DNA from: Schmidtea polychroa
Lineage: Eukaryota
Direction: 5' to 3'
DNA: 64,000 bases
Assembly (NCBI GenBank): GCA_044892525.1
Contig: CM097886.1
Span: forward strand, 60,016,001 to 60,080,000
Positions 9,504 to 22,066 of this stretch are shown here, one piece after another. How positions within the stretch are numbered: the stretch's first letter is position 1; each line of letters begins with the position of its first letter. Below the pieces are notes generated by a model, which saw nothing but the letters and a program-made list of their open reading frames with translations, ran no database searches and had not been told where the DNA came from. The translations under genes were made by a program, and so were the position numbers.

Positions 9504-10715
9504 ATGATATATAATAAAAGTATATATATTAATATTTATATAACTGCGTATAAGGTTAAACCTCAAATGCGCAACAAGCATAATTATTTATTATTTGTTT
9601 TTAGAATAGTAATAAGAAGTTTATCGAATCAATTCAATCAAATCAATCTCCAAATAAATCAGTCTAATCAAATCAATCCTCCAATAACCCAAAATCAAAT
9701 CAGCCAATCTAATCAATCCAATCGACAAGAAAATAATCGTCTTTATTCAAACAAATCAATGCACCCACATACGTCAGTTCACATGCATTCTCAAAGAACA
9801 AAACCTCAGCGAAATCCTGAAACTCAGAAAATAAGGCAATATGTGCCGATGTTACAGAAACACTACCACAGTTTCTATAAAAACCTGCAAAATAAAATCA
9901 GCACAGATGGCACTCCCATTACTATTAGAAGTTTCCCCAACCAAGTATGCATTCCTAATGATATGAAAATCGAGATAGAAGAAAGGGAATTGCATCTCAT
10001 CAAATTCAACGAAGCAAGAAGAGTCAAATTAAGAGAATTAATCGGAGCGTACGACAAGTTCCCCAATGCAGAGGAGGCCGCAAGAGCCGGAAAGAAAGTG
10101 CCCCATAGAATTTTATTTCACATCACAAAAACAGAGGTAGCAATATGCCAACAAAGGATACCATTAATCACCACGAGCAATTGCACCATAACAATAAAAA
10201 CTACAAAAAATGATCGGAGTGTCCCAAACGACTACAATGAATTGATAGTCCAAATGAACAGCCTACCCTGTGTCATAGCGATCGAAATATTATACATACC
10301 CACGATCCCAAATCCATTTCAGCAGTTGGAACTCATTAAATCAAACATTTATATGCATGGAGATTTTATCAGAAGAAAAATGTCATTTACCCACAAAGAA
10401 TTATCCACGGCGGAGAGACATCATCTGATAATGTTTGTAGATGCAAAATTAGTATGCGACATCAACAATAACTTAAGGCCAGTAGAGGTCAGCATACGGA
10501 ATTTTAAGGGTGTAACAATATTTGATGAGAAAATTACACCTAGAACGAAAATCCTACATTATTATCCAGAGAAGACAAAGGCCAACAAGGAAAATATCAT
10601 CGGGAATAAAGATGAATACGAAGCACTGGTCGAAATCCAACAGTTACTTTGCGGAAAAATAGTCGTAGGATTCGACATCATTGGAAAACTCAAAGCTCTC
10701 ACATTAGATCTCTAA
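9504..10715 (+). CDS. Accessory ORF2 (copy 1): unknown N-terminal part plus first half of a REX4/ISG20-like DEDDh exonuclease fold
   Basis: First in-frame ATG at 9504 (alternatives 9567, 9759; the track's 9330 start is TTG). MFVDAKLV...VSIRNFKGVTIFDEKITP...LLCGKIVVGFDIIGKLKAL aligns by eye to REX4/ISG20 motifs. Confidence 0.7.
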   Translation: MIYNKSIYINIYITAYKVKPQMRNKHNYLLFVFRIVIRSLSNQFNQINLQINQSNQINPPITQNQISQSNQSNRQENNRLYSNKSMHPHTSVHMHSQRTKPQRNPETQKIRQYVPMLQKHYHSFYKNLQNKISTDGTPITIRSFPNQVCIPNDMKIEIEERELHLIKFNEARRVKLRELIGAYDKFPNAEEAARAGKKVPHRILFHITKTEVAICQQRIPLITTSNCTITIKTTKNDRSVPNDYNELIVQMNSLPCVIAIEILYIPTIPNPFQQLELIKSNIYMHGDFIRRKMSFTHKELSTAERHHLIMFVDAKLVCDINNNLRPVEVSIRNFKGVTIFDEKITPRTKILHYYPEKTKANKENIIGNKDEYEALVEIQQLLCGKIVVGFDIIGKLKALTLDL

Positions 10716-10721
10716 AATGTT

Positions 10722-11675
10722 ATGGGAGTTAGAGAAATGTCGGAAGATATATTTATGTGCTCGTACGTCAAAAACGTTGCGCCACACAAGATAAAATTGT
10801 CCAACCTGGCATACCAGGTAATCAGACATCACAAAAGGTGGGACAAAGATAAACGCATAAATAGAATGCTGCGTGAACCCGAACCATTTCCAGCATGGCA
10901 AACCACGATGATCGTCAAAGTGATATATGCAATTGTAGAAAATCAATGGGAAGAAGTTGTTAAATGGGACTCAGAAGCCTTCAGTGAACAACAAATAAAA
11001 GATCAGTTATATCCCATTAAAGAAAGTAGTCTGGAGGATATGTCGGGCGAGGAAGAAGATATTTATATAGAACCATCGCAAATCGAATTGAAATTTAATA
11101 AGGACGGGACACGCAGGACTTTCGAAAATGAATTAATGGAAAGCGATGACGACGTAATATTCATCGAAGAGGAGAAAATACGAATGCCTGAAGCAACAGT
11201 CAAACTGGAATTACAGGAACCAAAATTCCATCCAGGAAAACTAATGGAATGCGACCTCGACTCTGATGAGGAATACTTCTCAATCAACGAGCAAGAGGAG
11301 GAAAATATGGATATAGACGAATTGGGACCGGAACCAGATATCGCAATCGAGGAGGAACCCAATTTTATCATACCCAAGGAGAAGGAGCAGATTACAGAAA
11401 AGGAATTGACCCGACATTTTGGAAGGCGTATAAATGATGGCGACACATTGAATCTCGCATTGGCAAAAGGATTCAACAAAACGAGGATGCTGGTAAGAGA
11501 CAGCGAAATCGAGCTGGTACGCAGTATAAGAGATAATGCGGACATTATCTTAACGGCCCAGGGAGGAATGTTAGATGATGAGGGTAGGCCCATCACTACA
11601 TTTACCCTAGACAAATACTACAGGACAGGGCCCAAAAAATATAGAGTAAATGTGTACGCCGAAGAGCGCAGATAG
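10722..11675 (+). CDS. ORF3 (copy 1): in-frame continuation of ORF2 after a TAA; end of the exonuclease fold plus an acidic region
   Basis: Same frame as ORF2 (CTC TAA AAT GTT ATG). GVREM...KLSNLAYQVI...IVKVIY completes the fold; D/E-rich thereafter. Confidence 0.65.
   Translation: MGVREMSEDIFMCSYVKNVAPHKIKLSNLAYQVIRHHKRWDKDKRINRMLREPEPFPAWQTTMIVKVIYAIVENQWEEVVKWDSEAFSEQQIKDQLYPIKESSLEDMSGEEEDIYIEPSQIELKFNKDGTRRTFENELMESDDDVIFIEEEKIRMPEATVKLELQEPKFHPGKLMECDLDSDEEYFSINEQEEENMDIDELGPEPDIAIEEEPNFIIPKEKEQITEKELTRHFGRRINDGDTLNLALAKGFNKTRMLVRDSEIELVRSIRDNADIILTAQGGMLDDEGRPITTFTLDKYYRTGPKKYRVNVYAEERR
11560..11568 (+). promoter_or_regulatory. Polypurine tract (candidate)
   Basis: AGGGAGGAA immediately before TGTTAG; TGTT...AACA gives 4-bp inverted LTR termini. 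Also at 24123-24131. Confidence 0.65.
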
Positions 11676-12712
11676 ATAAATATTCCAACAAACAACCCAA
11701 TTTCAAGCAAATCAATTCAACCCAAAGACAACCCAGCAATCTGAAAACTGACTAAATCGTCGAGCAAACTATGCATATTCTATCTTATCAACAATTGTGT
11801 AAATATAATTGACTATTCTATCTTATTAACAATTGTGACAATCCATGTATATTTTATCTTATTTATATGTATATTTTATCTTATTTTCCACTCTGAATAT
11901 TTTTATCTTATTTTCCGTTTGAATATTTATGTAGAATGTTAATATTTTATCGGGTGTATGTATTTAATAGATTTTATTAGTTAACATCTTAATTATATAC
12001 AAGGGGAAAATATTTTAATAATTTTAAATTGATATTTCAAACTAATAACAATAAATTTCAAAATTCAATTAATTTTATATTTCAAACGAATTGTAAAGAA
12101 ATAATTTCTAGATTTTATTTTAGAACAGCTGGTTTAGAACAGCTGAGAAATTTTGACAAAAAACAATAACACTTTAAATAAAATAATTAAATTTAGAATA
12201 AAAAAATAATAACTCTTGATAATAGAAAATAATAATAAATTATTTTAAGTATTCTTGAAAATAATAAATCTTGATTTTATAATAATAGAGAATAATAATA
12301 AATTATTTTAAGTATTCTTGAAAATAATAACTCTTGATTTTATGTCTAAAAAAATTAATATAAATAGCGATACAAAATTCATTTTGTTCGCCCAAAAATA
12401 GCGCAACGATTTTATATTCGAAGGTAAATCCTGAGGATAATTCAATCATTTGAATCAGCACAAAACGATTCACAAATAGTAAAAGCTTACGAAGACACAA
12501 CACGCACACACAACAAATAACAATAAACATACTTTCTTTTGCACGCATTTCAGTTGGAGAATTTAACAAACGAGTATCGATTGTTCAGAATTGTAATTGG
12601 ATTTTATTTGGTAAATTTTACTTTCAATAAACCTTTATATACGTCTTTATTTGTTTTGTTATATATATAAGAACCAGTAAGTTGAGTGTTCCCGAATATC
12701 GAGACCTCAACA
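11569..12712 (+). repeat. Shared central LTR (1144 bp if the 5' boundary is correct)
   Basis: TG...CA termini; the 3' boundary is fixed by the PBS, the 5' boundary is inferred from the PPT. Contains Inr-like TCAGTT (12550-12555), AATAAA (12626-12631) and GTAAGT (12677-12682). Confidence 0.8.
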
Positions 12713-12714
12713 TT

Positions 12715-12732
12715 TGGTGCCGCGAACCGGGA
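12715..12732 (+). promoter_or_regulatory. Primer-binding site of copy 2
   Basis: Identical 18-mer TGGTGCCGCGAACCGGGA. Confidence 0.8.
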
Positions 12733-12930
12733 CTTTAAAATTAATTATTGTTATTCACAATTTGGGGGATAGGAATTGAGATCAGAGGGTATAGTATTTT
12801 ATATTGGGAAAATATATTTATAAAAATAATATCATTGATCAATTTTTAAAATTATTAAATAATTCAAAAAGATAAAATAGATAATCAACCCGAAATAGTT
12901 TATAATCTCAGAAATAGAATAGTCTATAGG

Positions 12931-15900
12931 ATGAATAATAATAATAATTACATAAAAATTTTACCAGTAGAACCATATAGAGGAGAGCCTGAAAAGTTCG
13001 ACGATTTTTTCACTGAGATCGCTCAGTATGCAGAAGCTTGTGGTTGGACACCTGATGAATTAAAAATGAGAATCCCATTATACTTAAAAGGTTATGCGTT
13101 ACAGGCATACAATAACTTAGAATGTAAAGGGAATAATTTTGATCAACTCGTAAGATATCTGAGAGCAGAAATAGTAATCGATAGCGATTTACAAAAGATA
13201 AATGTTCAAAAATTTAGAAACAGATATCAAGGTACTAGAGAATCAGTTGGTGAATATGTATATACGATTACGGAGTTAGCGAAAAAGGCATTTGGTGCGG
13301 GCGAGCACACAGCAAAGTTAATTGAGGATCAGTTTTGGAATGGTATACAAAAATATTTATATAAAGCATTAATTATGGTAGAATATGGTAATTTAAATGA
13401 ATTAGTTCATAAAGCTAAACGTATAGAAGGAATACAACGAGATAGATTTAGTTCACATGTAGATGCAATGGAAATTCAAAAACCCATCGAGGTAAAATCT
13501 GAGTTGGGTAAGTCAGATGACAACATTCCCTGGGAGGAGATGAAGCAACTATATTTAAACTTTGTAAAAAATAGACGAAGGGTAAGCCCGAGTCCGGATA
13601 GAAGTCAATCGCCTGAAAACAGGAGGAGGTTTGATAATGTGAGAAACAGAAACTTTGAGAATAGAAACAATAGAAACACTTTTGATAGAGATAATCGATA
13701 CGAATACAATAGAAATAATTATACGAGAGATAATCGAGTCGATTTTAGTAGAAATAATTTGAGAAATAATAAATATGATAGAAGTAATAGATATGATAAT
13801 AGAGATAATACAAATGATTTGAGACGTAGACAGACAAGTCCATATAGACAGAATTCATATAGAGAAAGGCGAGGAAGCCCTTATAATAATGATGGTAGAG
13901 ATAAAGTAAATTTTAATGGACAAATCAAATGTTATAATTGCCAAAAATATGGTCACTTAGCTAAAGTATGTAACAATGCGCGAAGCGAATCGCCTAATAG
14001 AGTGAGATTTAAAAATGAGCCTGAGATAAAACAAATTAATAGTGCTGAGTTGATATCAGCTAATGAGGAAATAAACAGTTTGAGAGAGGAATTAAAAGAA
14101 TTTAAAACTCAATATGGGAGACTTATTGAGAGAAAGTTAGAAATGTCATTAAATGAGTTTCAGTGTTTTACTAATGATGTAGATATAGATAATGATGAGT
14201 TTCGTGAAGCAAGAGAAGCGGATGAGAAATTTCTTGCAGAAGCAAATAGATGTAAAGAATTAAAAGAGGAATTGAAAGAGACATTAGAGAAATGGCCTTA
14301 TGATGACAATGAGACATTGCGTATAATAAATAGAGTTCAAGTCGAAGGGATTGACTTAGAATATTTGAGAAATTTGATACCACTAATGGTAAAGAGGCAA
14401 AATATGACAAGAGTATTTGAACTAGAAATAGAATTGAAAGAAATGATAAAGTGTTATGGTGAATTTGTGAGAAAAAATCAGAAATTACATGAGTCATTGA
14501 ATATAACTATTGAGGCAAAAGACCTTTCGAGAATACTTATGCGTAGTACAGGGGTACATGTTTGCACAAAAGTGAATAAAGTGAAACAGATGGCCAGAGC
14601 AAATTGGCCCGAAAAATTGGGAGATAATGATAAAGTGAAACTGTATTTTAACGGCGTAGAAATGATGAATAATGAATATATAATTGACTATGGAGTAAAC
14701 GTCATTGATAACAATATTATTTCTGCAGTAATAGAAAGGCAAGAAAGTAAACAAGTGGATACACCAACTCCATCAGTAGAATTGAGTATAAACGATGAAA
14801 ATGACTACGACAAATTATTTAGATTGTGGGATGCTTCTTCAGGAGGGGCAATGAGGTCACCAACAGCTAGCGAGGAAATCTTTAAACCTATTGATACTAA
14901 ATATGATAATTTACATGAGACAATAGAAAAAATTGCGAAACAAGCAAATATGCAGGACGCAGAGACGATGAGACGAGGTAGAGGAAGGCCTCGAAAATCG
15001 GAAATAGCCGAAAAGTCAGATGACAGAAAGGCAGCAGAGCGTTTAAGAGATATTGCAAATAATATGAGACAGGAAGTTCCAAAAAATCAGGATAATGACA
15101 AAGATATAAAGATGATAACTGAGTTAGTTAAAGCAATGAATATGAGACGATTTCCGGAAGCAAAACCATCAGCGTTAATAGAAAATATAGTTAAAAAGAT
15201 TAAATTAATGGAAAAAGAGATTAGAGAATTGAGTGCAGAGGAAGCAAATGAAGAGACAGTGTTAAAGATATTATTTACAACAGGAGTTAATCGAGATAAA
15301 GTGATTACGGCAATGGCATATTTAATAGCAAGATATAAGAAACTTTTGCGATTGAATCCAAAGAATCAAATAGAAAATATCGCTAAAATGATATATAATA
15401 AATTAAAGATAGATGCTATGCCATGGATAAAATTAAAGGGAGGATGGAAAATACTGTATGATGAGAGTCTAATAGAAAGTGCTCAGGAAAGCGTTGAAGA
15501 TAATATTAATGTAGAAGTAGATGATACGGAGGAGACAGTAAAAAATCTAGTAAATAAAACAACTATGAGACCGAGTCAAAAAGAAAGAAAGTCGACAATG
15601 TCAATAGTAATTATAGTAATAACGTTATTGTTAGATCTGATAAAAGGAAATAATGCGATCATAGCGTATGACTGTCAGAATCCTAAGTGGGGACAGAAAT
15701 ATTCATTATTAGATGTAGAAAATTGCCCAGAGGCTAATCCAACAAAACTAATTGTTGCAGATCCAAAGATTTTTCACATATATCAAGAGTCTGACTTCAT
15801 TCACACTGAGGCAGGAGAATGTATCGTTAAATATTCAGAGGAAAGTTTTGTATGTAATAAAATAGCGAGAACAATATTAACTCCAACATGGGCACCAGAA

Positions 15901-18900
15901 GCGATAATAATAGCACCAATCGAATGTGAAAATGCATTTAAGACAAAAAAGATAAAAACGCCAGATGGATTTGAGTTAAATGCTCAGATAGGAGCACGAG
16001 TAAGGCAATTAGTAAATGTCGTTGGATGGTCATCAACAGGAGGATATTGTGAAGGAGGAACGTATAAAATATGGGGACATGTAGCAGACAATATTGTAGT
16101 AAGACGACAATATTATATTGAATTAAGGAAATTCAAGGCGTCATTTGATAGTTCATCAAAGAAAATGATGACACATAAGTTCTGCACATTAGATGAGACA
16201 AGCTGTGATACAGGCGAGTCAATGATCATATACAAAGTAAATAAATATGAATGCCATCTAACTAAACTAAAGACATTGAAATTCAGAACAATACGAGGTA
16301 AACAGTTTACGGATATGGAATCCAAAAACATTAAAGATCAAAAACGACGAGCAACGATAATTCAAGAGAGAGATACACCAACGATATACATGTCAGATTC
16401 TGAAACAGAAGCGATGAGATTCGTGGGGAAAGGTGAAAGTATCAAATGCGGAAAAGCAGTTATACAAACAAATTATGAAGGAATTTATATCAGCGGAAGT
16501 GAAATTAAAGAGGCAAAATCGAAAATAGATAAATTCGATGTCAAGCTAGCGTCATATTTTAATAATAAAATCGACTACTTTTATCATCATCAGTTAGTAC
16601 AATTGGACAAAGTATATCAAGCAACTATTGCAAACGATTGTAAACTTAACAGAGAAATATTAAGAACAAAGATGGCGGTTGCAGTCACAAACCCAGATTT
16701 GATGGCACCAATTTTATTTGCAGAAAAAGGGACATTTGCAAGAGTTGTCGGTGAAGTGATACAAACATTTCAGTGTAAACCGGTTAGCGTATCGTTAGCA
16801 ACGAATAATAAGTGCACAAACGAATTGCCAGTAGTGTATAAAGGAGAAACTGTATACCTCCAACCAATAACAAGGATATTAACAGATAAAGACTATGTTC
16901 CGAGAAAAATTGATAAATGTACTAATCTATTAGATCCATTATACAAAATAAATGATGATATGTGGATTACAATGTCAGATAGAAAAGAAGCGACTAAACC
17001 ACAAAAACTAGAACTAACTGAACTTGAGAAAAAGTTAGAATTTCAGGAAGTCAACGAAATGGATAACAATGGGATGTATACGAGAGAGGCGATAGAGAGC
17101 GCCAGAAAACATATGTTATTTCCTCATGAAAAAGAAAAAGTTCTTTCCATCATGGTAAACAAAATCATCGAAAATAGTTATGGAGGAAATTACAACTTTG
17201 ATGTATTATTATCAAAAGAGCACTTCAAGAAAGTTGTGTATAGAGTATTATACAGCATATGGGGATATTTTGCGATTCTCGGAAATACGTTTTCCACTAT
17301 ATTGGGTATATATTATACAGTAGCACTATTGAAAATGATTTGCTCATCATTAGTTTCGTTAAGACAACTGAGACAAGTTTTTGGTAATTCATATAAAATG
17401 ATAGCATGTTTATGTCCATTCATAGCCAAATATTTGATCACTGCGAGGCACGATAAGGAAATCAAACGGATGAAAAGTCGAAGGGAAGAAGGTGAAATAA
17501 TGATCACCAATGAGAAAGAGGACGATACAAACAGATCAGAAAATACTGAGCAACCACATATTGGGTTATATGATAATCAAAGAGAACAATTGACAGAATT
17601 AAGAAATAATATTGAAATAAGAATCCCAGGTGAAAATGGTAATTGTCATTGTGTTCCAAGGAAAACTTATGGATGTTACGGGTTAGAACTTGACGATATA
17701 TTAGAAGGGTTAAATGAAGCAAGGCCTAAATTACAAATAGTGATAAATGATACGATAATAAAGGCATTATGTGACACAGGAGCAGCAGCTTCTATGATTC
17801 GTGAAGATCAGTTAACCGGAAACCAAAAGAAAAATATTGTGAGCACAAGAGATAGAGTAATTTCATTATCATCACATTACATACCATTAAAAGGAGATAT
17901 CGAATTAACAGTCCACTTTTCGGATCAAGTGGTTGAACATGTCTTCAAGGTAGTAGCAGAATGTAAATGCGTATGTGTCCTTGGGATGGACATACTCAAA
18001 AAGTTAAAAAACTGTGTAATCGATTTAACGGATAGTACAGTCAAACGGAAGGCAATATATCAAGACGCAAGATTTACTGAGGTAATTGCATTAGAGACAT
18101 TTGAACTAGAGTATCAAAGTGATCATATAATTCCAGTAAAAGTTAATGTTAAAAGTGCGGACACTTTCATTTTCGAGCCTGAAACGGCAATATCACGAAA
18201 TCTTAACGTAATGTTAACAGACGAGTGTGTAATTCCAAATAATGGGATAATTCCAATAAGAATCGCGAATTACGAAAGAAATAAAGTAAAAATTCATAAA
18301 GGTACAAAATTGGGAAAGTTGTTCAAAGGTGAATTAGAGCAAACATTTGAAGTATGTGAGATGTCGATGACGAAGGATGTCAGTGAAAGAATGGTCGAAC
18401 AGAGTAGAGCGAATAATATCAAATTTTATGATAAAATTAAAATAAATAATAATTATCTAAATGAAACACAACAACTACAACTACAAATATTACTTGACGA
18501 ATACAGTGATGTTTTTGCAAAACACGAATTTGATTTAGGAGATACTGACATTATCAAACATGTAATCGATACAGGGAATGCTAGACCAATAAAACAGAGA
18601 CCCTATAGTGTACCATATAAACTGAGGGAGGAAATAAAACGACAAATTAAAGAATTAAAAGAGGCAGGCGTAATAAAACAAAGTTTTTCACAATGGGCAT
18701 CACCTATCGTACCAGTTAGAAAGAAAGACGGGGAAATTCGAATGTGCATTGATTATCGTAAATTAAATGATGTAACAGTAAAAGACTCATACCCATTCCC
18801 AAAAGCACAAGAACAATATGATAAACTTAGAGATACTAAATATTTCACAGTAATAGATGCAAATAAAGGCTACATGCAAATTCAAATGGAAGAGGGGGAT

Positions 18901-21900
18901 GCGGAAAAGACAGCTTTTGTGATAGAAGACGGTTTATATGAATATACAAGATTACCTTTTGGGTTAACTAATGCGCCAGCAACATTTCAACGATTAATGA
19001 ATACAGTATTAGTAGACGTACAACATTGCGCAGTATATATGGATGATATATTAATTTCATCAAAAACATTTGAGGAACATCTAAAAGATATAGCTAACGT
19101 GCTAGAAAGATTAAGAAAAGCAAAAATCAAAATAAAACCCACTAAGTGTAAATGGGCAGAACCTTCAGCATTATTCTTAGGACATATAGTTACAGTAGAT
19201 GGTATAATACCTAATCCCGATAAAATTGAAGTAGTTAAAAAATTCCCAGTTCCAAAAACATTACAACAAGTACAGTGATTTTTAGGTCTCACAGGATATT
19301 ATCGTAAATTCATACAAGATTATGCAAAAATAGCAGCACCACTAATTGAGTTAACAAAAGGAGTCAAGACAAAGGGAGAGAGTAAAGGAGTGTTAATAGT
19401 ACAAGAGATTAACGATAAAATTAACAAGCCACAAAAGAGATGGAAAGATGAACACCAAAAAGCTTTTGATCAACTAAAAGAGAAACTAATAACAGCACCG
19501 ATACTAAGATACCCTGACTTTAAAAAACAGTTCATTGTCATGACAGACGCCAGCGGGAAGGCCGTAGGGGCAGTCTTAGGACAAGAAGAGGAAAAGGGTA
19601 AAGATTATGTAATAGCTTATGCAAGCAAAACATTAAAAGGAGCACAGATTAGGTACTCAACAATTGAGAAAGAATGTTATGCTATAGTTTTTGCATTAAA
19701 ACAATTTAAACCATACATATATGGAACTGAAGTAGTAATTAGAACAGACCATAAGCCATTAGAAGGGTTGTGGAAACATAAAGATACATCCAGTAGACTG
19801 TTAAAATGGGCAATGAAAATACAAGACATGCACATAAAGATTGCATATAAACCAGGTAGAATAAACAGGAATGCAGATGCATTATCACGAATTCCAGAGT
19901 TAGGAGCACTAGAAGTTTTTGCATTAGTAACCGAAAAACCAATAGAAATATATGAGGAACAAATGAAAGATCCAGAACTCTTCAAGATAAGAGAAGAAAT
20001 AAAAAAGGGAACTAACCAAAAGTATAAAATCTGTAAGGAGTTAATTGTTATTGAGGATTTTAGCGGTAAACAATTAATAGTAGTACCACAAAGATTAAGA
20101 CAAATTCTTCTGTTACAATACCACGATGGTGCTTTAGGAGGTCATTTATCAAGTAGGAAAACAGCAAGCAGATTGATGCAAAAATATTATTGGGACGATT
20201 TGAAAAAGGATGTCAAGAGATGGTGTAATGCATGCACAATATGCGCAACTAGAAAAAATACAGGAACAAAAACTAAAGCACCTTTACATCCAATCCCAGC
20301 TACAACATCACCAATGGAATTGTGCGCAATGGATTTTTTGTGTAAACTACCCACAACAATTAAGGGGAATAAGCACATACTAGTTTTTAGCGATTATTTT
20401 ACAAAATGGGCAGAGGCATTTCCTACAAAAGATGAAACAGCAGAAACAGTAGCTAAATTACTTGTAGAAAAAATAATCTTTAAAATCGGTACACCGAGAA
20501 AATTATTAACAGATAAAGGGAAAAATTTCATGAGTGAAACTATAAAAAGAGTAGCTAACATATTTAACATGCATAAAATCAACACAACAGCATACCACCC
20601 TCAGACCGATGGTTTAGTAGAGAGATTCAATGGGACATTGCTAAGTAGATTAGCTGTGTTTGTGGGAAAAAACCAAAATGATTGGGATGAATACGTTAAT
20701 CAATGTACATACATTCATAATATCACACCAAATGAGACAACGGGATATTCACCATATTTTCTAATGTTCTTAAGAGAGCCTGCGACACCGATTGATACAA
20801 TTTTTGAGCCTCGAGTATCACAATATTTAGATGCGCTAGATTATGTAACATTAATGCAAGAGAGATTACAAGAGGTATACAAGGTTGCAAATTTAAAAGT
20901 TAAATTCAGACAAGAACAATATAAAGCAGATTACGATAAAAATAGCAAACCTCATAATTTTAAAGTGGGAGATAAGGTTAGACTTATGTCTCCACAAGTA
21001 GGAAAAGGCAAAACAACTAAATTAGCAAGACCATTTAAAGGACCATACGAGGTAGTAAAAGTAATACATGAAAACCTGCATTTACAAAAACATAAAAATG
21101 AGGATCCTATAATAGTACATGTTAACAGATGCAAATTAGCAGAAACAGAGTTAGTAGAAAAACCACCTCACAAATATGGATTACGATCACAAAAAGCACT
21201 GATGATGGCAGCGACATTTTTAACAATTATAGGGTTGGGTAAATCAACTGAAGTAGAAAACGAGAACATACACTCAGTAGAATACATGGCTGAAGATATT
21301 TTAATCAACATTTCACCATATAAAATTAGAGTATATAACTTAAATAAATCACCAATAAGAGACTTATATCTGGAAACTAGGGATAATATACCCAAACTTA
21401 TGAAAAAAATTGAAAATAGATCAACTAATGAATTTGAAAGAAGGGATAATGTTGAATTCGGAAATCTACAACCCAACACTAATTACACACTTTGTGCACA
21501 ATGGAATACATTAGTTGACACATCACAGATAAGGTGCAAAAGACTAAAAACTATTAAAATAAACAGACTTAGAATAAAAAAACCAAAAAAGAAAAGGGTA
21601 TCAACATCCAGAAAAACAATTACTATAAATTCAACACCCACACATCCTATATCACAAACGATAACGAATATATATAGGAAAACGACATTTAAAGCGGTTA
21701 GACAAATATATAAAAAATTAATAATGAAAAATCCAGGACAGTCTGATAGGAAACTGATAAGACTACCTACAGGAAAACCGATAGTTATAAATAACTGGAA
21801 TGAATTACAAGTATTTCAAAAGAAAGCAAGTAGACCACAATGGCCTTTTTATGTAATAGCTACAAGTGTAGTATCATTCGCGATTTTAGCAATTGTCACT

Positions 21901-22032
21901 AGTATACAAGTTTATAAAAAGTACAAGTGGAAAAGGCAGCGGTATCGGCACCGACTGGTCAAAGAAGCACCAGGGCATTTTCACTTGGACAAATATATCC
22001 CTGGACAATATACTCTGTCCACACTGGTATAA
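12931..22032 (+). pseudogene. Copy-2 polyprotein gene broken by a nonsense codon (GGA>TGA at 19276-19278)
   Basis: ORFs 12931-19278 and 19390-22032 are in one frame and match copy 1; the stop falls in the LQQVQGFLGLTGYY segment. Confidence 0.93.
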
Positions 22033-22066
22033 TAACTTAAAAAATTTTAATTACATAAATTGGTCA

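Noticed and set aside
12001-12010. AAGGGGAAAA as an alternative PPT
   Set aside because: Followed by TA rather than TG and gives no inverted terminus with ...AACA. The 11560 site fits better, though it is unproven.
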